From Pseudovirgaria hyperparasitica (lineage: Eukaryota), in the NCBI GenBank assembly GCA_010093815.1, contig ML996598.1: DNA of 42,112 nucleotides; one strand, written 5' to 3'. The notes under the pieces were generated by a model. That model was not told where the DNA came from. It was given only the letters and a program-made list of their open reading frames with translations, and ran no database searches. Position 1 is the first letter of the stretch; each line of letters starts with the position of its first letter. A program made the translations under genes and the position numbers. This document shows, in pieces, positions 27,051 to 40,738 of this stretch.

Positions 27051-27426
27051 TCGGTCGGTAAGCTACTAGACTTATATAATAGTAGTATACTACCCTACTT
27101 TATATACTACTTAAGCTACTATTACTTTAGTCTATATTAATCTTAGCTTCCTTTAGTCGTCCCTATATTATAAAAGAAAACTTCTATAAACCTTTTCTCT
27201 ACTTATCTTGGTTTTTAAACCTAAATCTTACCTTCTATACTTTATTCCGTGTTAATTACGACTGTATATAAACGCTATATTAAACTTAACTCTATTAACC
27301 CTTAAGGTCCATTCTATATAATAGTTAGCGAGGTTATATTTATAGTTTATAGTATAGATTAAGAACTCGTTATATTTAGTAATATTTAGAACTAGTCTAT
27401 ACTTAATATAATTAAGTCTTATATTT

Positions 27427-27660
27427 AAGCCGAGTCTTACGTTTAAGCCGAGTCTTACGTTTAAGCCGATCCTTACGTTTAAGCCGAGTCTTATATTTAA
27501 GTCGAGCCTTACGCTTAAGCCGATTCTTACGTTTAAGTTAAGTCTTATATTTAAGCTAAGCCTTACGTTTAAGTCGAGCCTTATACTTAAGCTAATTCTT
27601 ATGTTTAAGCTAAGCCTTATATTTAAGCTAATTCTTATATTTAAGCTAAGTCTTACGCTT
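27427..27660 (+). repeat. 18-bp minisatellite, 13 full units (AAGCCGAGTCTTACGTTT)
   Basis: Exact 18-bp periodicity; variation is mostly C/T and G/A. Confidence 0.93.
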
Positions 27661-30600
27661 AAGTCGAAGCTTATAATATAACTACTATCTTAATCGATAA
27701 TAAACTACTCGTCTTTAGTATACTTACTAGTAACTACTATTCTAACGACGAGTATAAACTTAAGAAGGTCTAAAGTAGTAAGGCTCCCGTTTCTACTTAC
27801 GCTATCTATTAGATCTCTCTTATATAGAGTAATCTATAGTTAACCTTTAGGAATATCTATAGTATTAGTAGAGAAATAGATAGACTTAAGTAGAAATAAG
27901 CGAAAACTTAAGCTAAGCTTAAGCTAGTAGTATTTAAGGCTCGTGGTAAAGGTTATAGCTTTAAAGAGTCGATTAGTTATATATATAGATTCCTTAAATT
28001 CCCTAAGTACTACTCTTAGATTAAGTTATATACTCGCTTCTAATAGATTAATAAAGAGAAATTAGTATCCTTAATAAGCTTACTCCGCTTTAATCATACT
28101 AATATCCTTCTATTATCCAACTACCCTACAGTATAGATCTTTAAGATTAAGTAAGTAGATAACTTTATTAAGTATTTTTCTAAACTTTCTAATCTTATTA
28201 TAAGCGAAGCAGATAAAGCTAATATACTATATACTAATACTAGCCTCTACGAAGACCCTTATAACTTTTAGATTATTAAACTTATAGCTAGCGAGCTTCT
28301 TAGTATAGGTTTTACTATTCTATTATATATTAGACCTAATATAATATATAAATAAGTAAAGTAATTCTTCGAAGATCTAGGTACTTATACTATAGTTTAT
28401 ATCTTACTACCGCTACGTAACTCTATAGATCTTACTAACTTTAATAATAAGCTTAAACTAGAGAGTAATCTAATTAATTCATAGTATATAGGAGTTACTA
28501 CTCCCTATATATAATACGGTATAATAAGTAGACTAGACACTTAGCTCTAGATCTCTATTCTCTACCGCGAGTTATTTAATAAGAAATTTAACTATCTAAT
28601 ATATATTACTATAAGTACCTTATAAGACGAATAGACGGATCTTCTATTATTCTAATTCTAAGACGTTACTATTAGATATATCTAGCTCTTAGGTATTACT
28701 CGGGCGCTCTTAGCTATCGTCTATTCTATTAATATAAAAGGATTCTATTATATGGAACTAGGTAGTTATGGGTACCTTAAAGTAGATTTAAAGAATTATA
28801 ATAACGATATATACCGCTTTAAAGTCCTTTAATTTCGTCTAGGCGTCCTTCTATTCGAATACCTTACTCTAAAAGTCTTTAATAAGGTTAGGCGTCCTTC
28901 TAAAGTATCTAAGGTACTAATTATATTAATAGATATAGTTACTAATATAACTTAAGCTTATCCTAAATATTTTATTCGGACTAGTAACACTAGTTTAAGT
29001 ATAATTAGGTCGTCTCTTACTACGCTTATAGGGTTTATAGACGTTCCGGCTTTAGTTAGTATATAAATCTATAATAAGCTTACTAAGTAATATATTAATA
29101 CGTGCTAGAAACTAACCTACTACGCTATATAAGCTTCTAGAGACGGCGGCGTAGACGACTATACTACTTAGGATATGTTTAATACGATAGTCCTTAATAT
29201 TATTATAGACTTAGTATCTATATCTCTAATATATAGGTTCTCTAACTCTAATAATAAGATTCTAGATTATAGTATAGAGCCTTAGAATACTCTTATTACT
29301 CTTTCTAAATTATCTATATCCCTAGATAATAATAAGGATATAAATATAGAATATAGTTACGATATTATTAGTAACGAAGGTTCTATTACTAGCCCTATCG
29401 CTAATATATATATACTTCTAATATTATCTAAAGTCTACTCTAGTATCCTATTCTCTTTACTACCCTCTATATAGAATCTAATACTTAGTAATAACTACCT
29501 AAATCTTTAACCTGTCGACTATAACCACTACGTTAAAGATTATAAAAGATTCTATAATCTCTAGAATATTATATGTTTAGAACTATCTCCCTAATAATAG
29601 TATATCTATATATAGGCGACGGACGTACTTAGGGCTTAGTTTCTACTTTATAGCTATAGAGGAGCTAGAAAGAGCTATTTATAGCTTTATCTACTACTAG
29701 CTATACTTCTAATTAATAAAATAAATAGTACTTCTATTATCGCTTATACTACTAAGGTAGTTATTCTATCTAGTAATGTAATAGTATACCTCCCTATACT
29801 AGGTTCTACCTAAATATAGAGAATATATATATATATATTATTATCGGCCTAACTAACGAAACCTATAACGACGCTATAAGAAAAGTATATAAATATATAA
29901 GTAATATATTTACTTACTATAAGTCTCTAAAGACACTAGTTATTCTTTAAAGATACGCCGAAGCCGTTAATTAAGAGGTTTTCTTTACTATAGCTAGACT
30001 ATCTTATTACGGTAACCCTCTTATTAGACTAACCTAGAATAATATAATAGGCGGTACTATCCTCGTGTAAGCTTAGGCTAACTATAGTAAATAACTATCG
30101 GAATATAGTACGGATCCCTATACTTATCTATAGGAACTATATACTAGTTACGTTACGCTTAAGGTTATTAGACTTATTAAATCTTAATACTAATATAAAT
30201 AGATCCCTAAGAATTTCGAGAAAGAAACGGCTTAGCTATTATATACTATCTATAAATATTATACTTATAATAAGGATATATCTAAGGAGAAGTATAATAG
30301 GATAAACGAGCTATACCTCGCTACCTAGGACCTAGTTACTATCTATGCCTAGATTTATATAGGGACCCTATATATTATAAATATCGCTAAGGTAGTCTAT
30401 AATATATATCCGATTTTAGTTATAATAGAAGAGGCTATATATATCCTTAAAAGTAATATACTTAGGATTATTATTAATTATACTACTATAGAATAGTAAC
30501 CGACATTTATTTACGTTAGTAACCTACGCTAGCTTAATACCTACTAGTATAATAGTACTAATATATAGGCCGCGAACTAGAGGATCTCCTTTATAAAGCG

Positions 30601-31666
30601 CTAGATATAATATAGCTTCCCGACTACTTACCTTACCAAGTTAGAACGCTTAGTTCCTAGAATAATAAATATTATATTACTAATTACTTACTTAGGCGAG
30701 CTAACAACCTCGCCCTATATAACGAATAATATTAATATACTACTTATAGAGACCGTTTAATAAATATTTAGAATCCATAGCTATTAACACGTTATATACG
30801 CTAATATTAATAGAGATTACGTGTATACGGTAAATAACTTAATATATAATATAGACTTATTACGTTTTACTTAGTAGATCATTACTAAGCTACTCTATTA
30901 TAGCGTTATACTTAATCGTGTACTCTATATTTCTATATACGCTATCTAACGTAATCTATTTAAAGGGATAGTTAGGAACTCGCTTCTAACTATACTTACC
31001 GTAGCGGATAAAGCTTAATTTAATACCCTACCTAAGCCGGTATAGAAGCTTATCTAATGGCGTTTATAGAACGGTTCTTAGGGTTATAATAATAATATAG
31101 TCCTTATCGACCTAGTCTAAACTAATCGCTTCGGCTTCCTCTTAGAAGTAAACTATAATATCGTTACTATTACGCGTGCTAAATAGATAATAGTTATTAT
31201 TACTAACTTCGTATCTCTTAAGAGGTAGAAAGTCCTAGATAGCGTACTTAGCGAGATATAGAATAAGTACTCTAAGATTTATATAATATATATATATACG
31301 ACCCCCGACCTAGATAGCCTCCCTCTACTCTCTAATATATCTAATTACTAATATAGTTACTCTATACTTAGTATTAGAGAGAGAGAAGAATAAAGTAATT
31401 AATAAACTACTAATAGTACTAAGCCCTATAAGCCGCTAGTCTACTATAAATATAATATTAAAGAATATAAGTCTATTAAGTATCTAAGAGGGTCGACACT
31501 TATATCTAATAACTATTAGAATATTAGCTATAAAACTAATATTTACCCTAAACCCAAGACGCTTATAGGTACGTTTTATTATAATTATAAGACTACTAGT
31601 TATACTTAGCGTTATTATTCTAGCCGTACTAAATTACTAGCACGTATAAATAGTAATAATCTAGTT

Positions 31667-31750
31667 AATACTACTAGAGCTAGTACTACTAGAGCTAATA
31701 CTACTAGAACTAATACTACTAGAACTAATACTACTAGAGCTAATACTACT
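31667..31750 (+). repeat. 15-bp tandem repeat (AATACTACTAGAGCT), 5-6 units
   Basis: Visible periodicity in the tail of the helicase ORF. Confidence 0.85.
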
Positions 31751-32799
31751 AACGAAGTAACTACTAGCGGCTAGGATAATAGAGACTATAAGGATACCGA
31801 CCGAGACGGCGGTATTATAATATATAAAGATATAGAAGTTAATTAGTAATAGTATACGATTAGACTTATATATTAGGGCTACTTAGTTACGGCTTCTTAG
31901 TAAGTATATCTCTATATCTATTTTAGATATAGTCATAATATCCTACTAGATAGATAGTTTAGCTCTATTAAAGATCTATTAAGGGTATTTCTATTACGTC
32001 TACTCTAGTATAGATACGCTATTAGATAATATGGCGCTACTAGGCACGTTAACTAGTATCTACTAATTAAGAAATAAATATAATTCTATATCTACTACGA
32101 GCCCCGGCCTAATAACGTAGACTTCCTTTAGTTATCCCCTTTATACTTTTAAAACTACTTCTAGCCTTTATATTAGAAGATATTACTATCTAAAGAGAAA
32201 ATATAAAAAAATATACACTCTAATCAAAGCCCCCACCTTTAGACTTTAACTATAATATATATAGAATATAGTAAACCTAAATATCGCGTACTTTAAAAGT
32301 ATAGAAGAATATAATACTTAAATATAATAAAATATAGGCGCACGATACTCGGAGAGTACCTAGGGATAAGTATATAAATATAAAATGGGATAAGACTAAC
32401 GTAGTACCTTATATATATATAGCTATATACCGTCCTAGACGTAGTCGCCTATAATATAATATTATAAGATAAGAATTATAGCTATCTAATTCTATTAAGG
32501 ATATTAGATAATATAAAGTAAATAACTACACGCCCGACTACGCCACGCTAAGCCACGTATATATTATAAACGTGTATTCGAGGAATAATAAGGATATAAA
32601 TAAGTTTTATCTAGTAGGTACCTTATTATTCCGGCTTCTATCTCTATTATCTAATCTATATCTCCGTCTTCCTCGCGCCTATAATATACTATATATATAC
32701 TATATAATTAGTCTATAAATTATAAATACTATATTAACTATATATATTAACTATATATAATTAATATATCGAATCTAATTCTATAATAAAGTAACCGTC

Positions 32800-33630
32800 G
32801 GAATATAGTAATTACTATAGTACTACTTTATATCTTAAGTCTAGATATATAAGTAAAGTATAAAGCTATAGAGGCGTGTATAAGGTAGCTATATATAGAA
32901 GTATATATAGCTACTCTACTTATAGACTATAGATATTAAACTAAGAACGAGCTTAGCGTAAAAAGAGCACGTAAGATTATTAATAAGATAGCGGGTAAAT
33001 TCCTAGTAGTATAGAAAAGAGTAGTAGAGTATATAGAGATAAAGGCGCTATACTATATCTACGACTAGGTACGCACTACAGTATAGAAAACTATATATTA
33101 TAGAAAAACTATCTCCGAGTATAAGAAGAGACGTATAATTATAGCCCTATATTCTATAACCTTATAATCCCCGTCTATTATAACCTTATAACCTCCGCCT
33201 ATTGCAATCTTATAACCCCCGCCTATTATAACCTTATAGCTCTTATATACCACGACCTTATAGTCTATACTTATAGCGGTCCTATAGTCTACTAATATAT
33301 ATACTATAAGAAAAATCGAATTTATAATTAGGTTCGACGATAACGTATTCCTTAAAATACTAGTACCTATATCTAACTAGTAGAAAGATTATAGCGACGC
33401 TTCGTGTATTAATTTAGTAGTATTTATATAGTAAATTAGGGTCTAATACGTAATAAAGACTAGAAGGGCACTTAACTAGAGCTATACTACCATATATTCT
33501 ATTATACTACTAGTTAAGTATATAATAAGTAAAATAGAACTAGAGGTAGATATTAGATAGCTCCTATAGTTAGTAATTAAACATGTCCTAGAATATAGTA
33601 ATAGTATAATACTTCTCGGCCTTAGATAGA
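32800..33630 (+). pseudogene. Degraded ORF of unknown function containing a 21-bp tandem repeat (~33155-33240)
   Basis: Codon-like frame (KYKAIEACIR..KRARKII..KIEFIIRFDDNVFL) with about four ATAACCTTATAACCCCCGCCT-like units. Confidence 0.4.
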
Positions 33631-33704
33631 ATATAGATAGTAATTAAACATGTCCTAGAATATAGTAATAGTATAATACTTCTTAGCCTTAGATAGAATA
33701 TAGA
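33571..33704. repeat. 67-bp tandem duplication
   Basis: 33571-33637 is repeated at 33638-33704 with only a CG>TA difference. Confidence 0.9.
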
Positions 33705-33942
33705 TAGTATACTAGAAGCAAAACGAAATATAAACTAGTAACTAATATATAATAGTATAGATAGCTATATATAGGTTATACTTAAATAAATCCGCCCCTC
33801 CGTCCCTAATACTATACTTACTATAACTAGTATAATAATAGTAATAGAAAGCTACCACCTATGATAGTAGAGATACCTATAGAGATAGTATTATAGATAG
33901 TAGATAGTATTACCTAAACGACTCGACCCTTTCTCTAGTAAT

Positions 33943-34182
33943 TGTTAGGGCTAACACTAGGATAGACTTAACTAGAACACTATGGTCTAGTACGGTCCGT
34001 GACAGGTGGACCTAGGGTAAGCCAGCTAGAATAAGCGAGACTACTATATAAGTAGGCCGTATACACTTGATTCCTACTCTTTAGGAATTAACCTCGTTAA
34101 GAGAGTAGACTACCCTTTTAAATATATTCCCGAATCCTTCTATGACCTATTAGACTACTATTCTACGTCTATAATCCTTATA
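33943..34182 (+). repeat. 5' LTR of gypsy copy B
   Basis: TGTTAGGG...CCTTATA followed by TTTTGATTCCT; matches 40739-40978. Confidence 0.93.
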
Positions 34183-34223
34183 TTTTGATTCCTCTTTATA
34201 TAGCACGACGGTAGTTTATAGAA

Positions 34224-35606
34224 ATGGCTCTAACCACTCGTCATAACACCCGTTGTACCGCCTCTTATAGTAGACCTTCTCCTAACCTAAACGAGGAGAA
34301 TAGTCTACCTATAACTACCCCTACTAATAACTATATCTTATAGACTATCGCACCGATAACTCGCACGATATTCTATATAACTATAGAAGATATTATAGAA
34401 CACGAGGATAGAGTCTATTATACTCTATCTTAGTCTAGTTCGAACTATACTAGACCTAACCTTAATACGAGGCTAGACCTTATTAATGTTAACGAGTTAA
34501 TCCGTTAGAATCGCCTAACGTTAACCATACCTTATAACGACGTGTATACTAGACTATATAAAGAGAGGTAACGATAGATTTAACTCGAGTAATAACTACG
34601 CGAACTCGACGAAGCTTAAGGACGTACTACGAGACTTAAAGCTATATTACGCGCTTTAGTTCTAGTAACGACTAATCTATATTTATATAGACCTATACTA
34701 ACTAAAACGATCTATCCTAGTCTACTACTATTCTAATTACCCCGACCTAAGAAACTACCTTACTTTAATAGTAAAAGTAGAAAGAGTTTCCACGTATAGG
34801 CTTACTAATATAGCTGATTCTTCTATCTATTCACGAACGATAGCGATAAAATTAGATTCGCCTAGAACTACCTTAACCCGACGCCTTTAGAACGTTAGAT
34901 AGTATACTAAATTAAATATTCTAAGGATGCCTATAACTAGGACACGTTCACCAAATTTCTCCTCTAATATTTTAGCAATAGGGCTAAATAACGCGACTAG
35001 GCCTAGGGCTATATCTTTAAGACTCGATAACGAGATAATTAGTTACCGTTATAACTTCTTAAATACCTTCGGCCCCTCTAGAGAGAAACCGAAGAAGATT
35101 ATATGATTCAATAGTATAATAACTTTAAATGGTCCCTCGCCCTAAATGTAAAGGACCGTCTTAACCTTATAATAATAATCTCTATAGACCTCTAAGCTCT
35201 TATAAACCTCGTAGAGCGATACTAGTATATAATAAATAATTAACGCCGCGCTAGTATACGACTATCCCTAACGATCTAATCTAATATAAAATCGTCTAAC
35301 TAAAACTAATTTAGTAATAGATCTCACGGGACGTTATAAGGCTACTACCACGCCTTAAATTCAAAACCACGCGGATCGTATCGTGGATCTCCCTACTAAT
35401 TAATATATCGAGATATAAGGACTAACTCGTATAAATAACCTAAAGTTACTTACTATATCTATAGTAGAATAGACTATATAGTACCTAAGTACCGTTTAGG
35501 GAAGCTACTAAGTACTAATATAACTAACTAACTAGTTATATACTATAAGTGCTAGTAGCTAGGATACATCGCGCCTAACTATCTAGTATAGAATATAAAA
35601 AACTAA
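34224..35606 (+). pseudogene. gag: gag of gypsy copy B
   Basis: ATG at 34224, in-frame TAA at 35604-35606, same length as copy A, two knuckles. Confidence 0.88.
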
Positions 35607-38600
35607 TAGTCTATAAGAAACCCTCGCGACTTGTAGACGCGACTATAATAGAGGGGTAATCCGCTAAATAGTATATCGAACTATAGACTAGACCTATCGA
35701 GGTCCCTTATGGATAATATTAGACTATAATACTTAATAGTAGGTCGGCTACTAACGTTATATCGACCTAATAAGCACGAGAACTTAATACCGACATCTAA
35801 GCTCTAATAGGTACTATATTCCATGGTATCGACGGTCCTATTAAGTTATACGGTACCTATACTATTAAATATAGTATCTAGGATAGCGGAGGGAAATGGA
35901 AACTCTACTACTTAACCTTTATTGTGGTAGATAGTCCCTTTAACATGATTCTAGGTATACTATGGCTTAAGAAATATAACCTAAAACTAGACTTCCTTAA
36001 GAAGATAGCTGGCTAGCGTATAAACCTACCTTAATAGGAACTAGTATAGCTTATTAACGATAAATAATTCTAGAAAGATTACGAGAAGGCGATCTCTACT
36101 ATCTACGTACTCTTACTTATATAAAATGGCGAGCTTAGTATTAAAGTAGACGAAAACCTACTATATTAGTATAAAATATACTAACATATTATATTAGCGA
36201 TCGATTCCTCTAAACTACCTTAATACTAATCTACTAACCTTACTATTAATCTCGAAGACGGCTAGTAACCTCCATATGGACTTATCTACCCTCTTTTAGA
36301 ACCTGAGTTATAAGCCCTTTAAGAATATATCGAAAAGAACCTTACGCGAGGATGGATTAGGCCTAGTATATCCCTAGCCGGAGCTCTAATCCTCTTTATA
36401 AAGAAGAAGGATAGGAGCCTCCGTCTATATATTAACTACCATAGCCTAAATAATATTACGCGAAAGAATCGTTATCTACTACCTCTTATCTCCGAGTCTA
36501 TTAATAGACTAGAACGCGTAAAGATCTTTACTAAGCTCGATCTACGTAACGCCTACTATCACCTTTATATTAAGGAAGGCGATGAATAGAAAACGGCTTT
36601 TAGGACCCGTTATAGATACTTTAAGTATACTATAGTCCCTTTTAGACTAACTAACGCGCTAGGCACCTTCTAAGCGTACATTAATAACGCGCTAGTAGGC
36701 CTACTTAACACGATATATATCGTGTACCTAGATAATATCCTTATCTTCTTAGATAATGAGGAGAAGTATATCTAGCACGTACGTATAGTTCTAGATAGGC
36801 TAGAAAAGTATAAGCTATATATTAAGCTATCTAAATGCGAGTTCCATTAGGACTATATTAACTTTCTTAGCTTTATTATTACTAATCAAGGTATAGCCAT
36901 AGAGAGAGATAGAGTTACTACTATTATAGACTAGCCTAAACTAAAATCCGTTCGAGATATACGTGTCTTTATTAGCTTCGCCAACTACTACCGAAAATTT
37001 ATTAAATACTTCTCCCGTTTAGCCGCACCACTTAATGCGCGTACTACTACTACCGACTTATCTATTACGGTCTATAGTGGATAGAAATAGCGTAATATTA
37101 AATTATAACCTATTAAATTAACTAAGGTCGAAAGAATATCCTTCGAGAAGATTAAAGAAGCATTTATAACCGCCCTATTACTAGTGTACTTCGACCTAAC
37201 TAAACCTATTCACGTCGAAACTAATATATTAGGATTTATAATCTCGGGTATACTCTCCTAGCCTAGACTAATAGAGTCTAAAAAGGTCTAATAGTATCTA
37301 GTTACGTTCTTCTCGCGTAAGATAGCTAACGTCGAGACTAGATATACTATTTATAACTAAGAGCTACTAGTAATAGTAGAGTTATTTAAGTAGTAGTAAT
37401 ATTATCTTAAAGGTACTATGCATGACGTTAAGTTACTAACTAATTACTATAACTTAAAGGGGTTTATAAGTATAACGGTTTTAAATCGTCGATAGGTTTA
37501 ATAGGCTAAGTAGCTTATAAATTTCTACTTTATAATCTACCATCGATCTAGAAGTATAAACCTAGCTAATAGAATATTAAGAAGACCTAACTATAAAGAA
37601 GGCGCCTAGGATTATAGTAGCCATAGAGTCCTAGAGTAGCTATAGGCCTAACTCTTAAGGACGAGGTTAGATAATAAGTTATCCGACGAGTAGCGAGATA
37701 CTAACGCCGATACTAGTAATTAAATTTATAAGACTAAAGCCGGTAACTAAAGACACGGTACCGAAGTCCCTAGCGAGCCATTTATCGGCGCTATTAGGGA
37801 GGGCGATAGTACCCGGCGTGTATATTAAGTAGACCTCGCCTAGTTAATCGTGGATCTATAAAAGATAGACCCGATAGTTTTAAAGTTACGTAAAATATAG
37901 TAAGATAGGTTATTATAGACCGAAGTAGACTATAAGTAGACCTTTATAGACGGCTTACTCTACTACGATAGAAAGTACTATATACCAACGGGTAACGCAC
38001 GATTTACTATAGTTAGCCGATACTATAACGCTAACCTAGTAGGATATTTCGGGTATATACGCACCCTAAGCTCGATTCGTTAGTACTATTTTTAGAAAGA
38101 TATACCTAAGTACGTTGAAGAATGGATAGCTACTTATCCGATTTATTAAAGAATAAAGGTACCTAGACACAAGCTATATAGGAACTTACAGCCTCTACTA
38201 GTCCCCCTCTTTATATAGGAAGATATTACTATAGATTTTATAGTTAACTTACCTCTAAGTAAGATGCTTAGAATGAGTTATAATTTAATTCTTATTATCG
38301 TGGATAGACTTATAAAGATATCTAGGTACGTCCCTATATAGAAGACAATTACATTAAAAGAACTAGTATAAGTATTCTAGAATAAGATTATTAAGGTCTA
38401 TAGTATACTAAAAAGGATCGTTACGGACCGAGGGAGTATATTCACGTCTAAATTCTAGACGTTATTCTACGAAATGGCCGGTATAAATAGAAACATGTTA
38501 ATAGTATTCTATCTATAAATAGATGGTTAGATAGAGCGATAGAACTAAACGCTTAAGGCCTACCTTCGTACATTCTATAATTTCGAATAAGACGACTAGG

Positions 38601-39424
38601 CCTCTCTACTAAGCATAGTAGAATTCGCGTATAATAATAGTCGTTATAGTATAATAGGTGTTACGCCCTTCTAGGTAAACCTAGAACGTAGTCTAAGGAT
38701 AGGTTTCGAACCTTATATAGTCTAGTTCGACCGAACGATAGATGTTAACGTCCACGCGTAGAAACTAACGATTAAAATCTTTAAAACCGCACGTAACTAT
38801 TACGTAATAATCTAGTAAGCGAATAAGTTATATATAAAGTACTATAATAGGTTAGTTAAAGATTAAGCGTACAAGGAGGGAGACAAGATCCTCCTTAACA
38901 TCCATAATATATAAACATCGTAAGTAAATAAAAAGCTCGATTATAAAATGGCTAGTCCCTTCCGAATTAAACGTTATATTACTATAAGAGCCTACGAGCT
39001 TAACCTAGGAAATGACATAAAAGTCTATAACGTATTCCACGTCTTATTACTTAAAAGGTTTCGACCTAACGTATATAAACGCACGAACGTGTAATTATAC
39101 TCTATTATACCCTAAGATAGACTAGACGTATACGAAGTAGACTATATTATCGAACATAGGCTCGACGAGAACGGTATCTAAAAGTATCGAATCCGTTAGA
39201 AGAACTATACTAAGGATAAGAATACCTAGGAACCTATAGTATATATCTTAAGTACCGCGATAGCTATATATAAATAGAGGTTATAGAATAATACGTTACT
39301 ACCGTAAACCTAGCGCCGTCGGGGCTGTCGTAAAAAGAAGAAGGATACCGTAGAGAACGAAGTATCGAATTACGAATTCTAAACGCATACTAGGAAAACT
39401 CTATAAGGCAGCCCTATAATTTAA
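35597..39424 (+). pseudogene. pol: pol of gypsy copy B with chromodomain
   Basis: Same PR, RT (YLD[D]IL ~36725), RH, IN and chromodomain motifs as copy A. Confidence 0.92.
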
Positions 39425-40738
39425 GCGATATATAGTTACTAAACACGAAGAAAACGTAAACAACCGTTATAGGCACGCAACGCGATATATTATAATAGAA
39501 TAATATAGAGAAGTCTAGAATAGACTAATATAGACCATTATACACGAGAAGAACATAGGACTAAGAAACTAAAAAGGTACCCCACTACGGAATTGAACTC
39601 GTAATATATAATATAAAAGGTTAGAGTACCCGAACTAATGACTACTAGGCCACTAGTTCGGGTACTCTAATATAATTTAGAGAGATAAACTAATTTATAT
39701 ACGATGCCTACACTTAAGTAACTCAAAGGAAATTAGAACCTAAAATTTAATAGTTATAGAATAAATAAGAACGCATATAATATCATTAAGTTAAGAATTA
39801 AATTACTAGAAAACTAGTAGATAGGTATCTAAACGGTCTAAAAAGGACTAAAACGGATAGAAACTAGGTAGATAGAGCCAACATATACTATATAGAAACC
39901 CCAGCAAACAGAGCCATAGAGCTACTCCTCTATCTTATTACTACTCTTAGAGCGTAGCGAACGAACTAACCGAGTAATAGAGCAACGGAGGTTAGAGACC
40001 TTATTCTCTAGAGTAACCACGCGCTTAGTTAGAGCCTAGTAAGACGACGACTAAGCGCTAGAGCGGAGTAACTAGACCTAAAGTTAGCTAACGCGGTCTA
40101 GAATAATCTAGAATAGAATATATACCCTCTTATAAGGTAACTTAGAAGGAGAACTAGTAGATCTCTTATAAGACCTATTAGTAGCACGAGGCGGGCGGAA
40201 AGGAATAGCACGAATCTCTTCTACGGCCTTAGTAGCTAAAACCGACTCCCTAGAATAGGTAGCCTAAGCGCTAGGAATCTCGCGGCGACTGAAAATTATA
40301 AGCTAAGGTTAATAATAATTAACGGTTTCTAAACTTATACTTTAATAACCTCTAGGAAGAGCTTATAGCGCTTTCTAAACTCTCTACGTATAGAAGCTAG
40401 ATAACTACTAGAACCGCCGAGAGTCTCACAGACGTAAAGATTATTATATATATCTTATACACAAATAGAAACCTAAAAACGCATTAGTATAGACGACTTT
40501 AGATTACTCTAGACTAAAATAGCCTAATAGACTTACCTAAAGATAAACTTTACCGAGAACGGTATAGCGGCGGTAGTAGATAGAGAGCTTAAAGATTAGA
40601 TATATAGGTCTATCGCGGTTAGTAGAGTAGTAGCTAATACTAGAGTTAGAGTAGAAGAGATATTTAGAGCCGGTGGCGTAAGCCTTAATATACTTAAAGT
40701 ATATCGAACTATAGTGCGCCGTTTTTCTATAGTGTAAA

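Larger units (their letters stand above)
27400..31850 (+). pseudogene. Upf1/DNA2-NAM7-like superfamily 1 helicase with three C-terminal CCHC zinc knuckles
   Basis: Reverted Walker A GCGGAGKS (29652-29675), IEEA (~30425), VGDPRQL (~30515), motif V DGSQG (~31070), GF..VAVTRAK (~31133-31183), and three Cx2Cx4Hx4C knuckles (~31442-31620). 5' boundary and introns uncertain. Confidence 0.8.
33943..40738 (+). mobile_element. RIPed gypsy chromovirus copy B (related subfamily), interrupted at 40738
   Basis: 240-bp 5' LTR, gag and pol colinear with copy A at a constant offset of 31421; its 3' region is homologous to copy A up to ~9366. Confidence 0.95.

Noticed and set aside
27427..27660. CRISPR-like array
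   Set aside because: Head-to-tail units with no unique spacers, in a eukaryotic context.
17050..33942. Starship element
   Set aside because: No tyrosine-recombinase (DUF3435) captain motifs recognised, although RIP and the gap limit detection.
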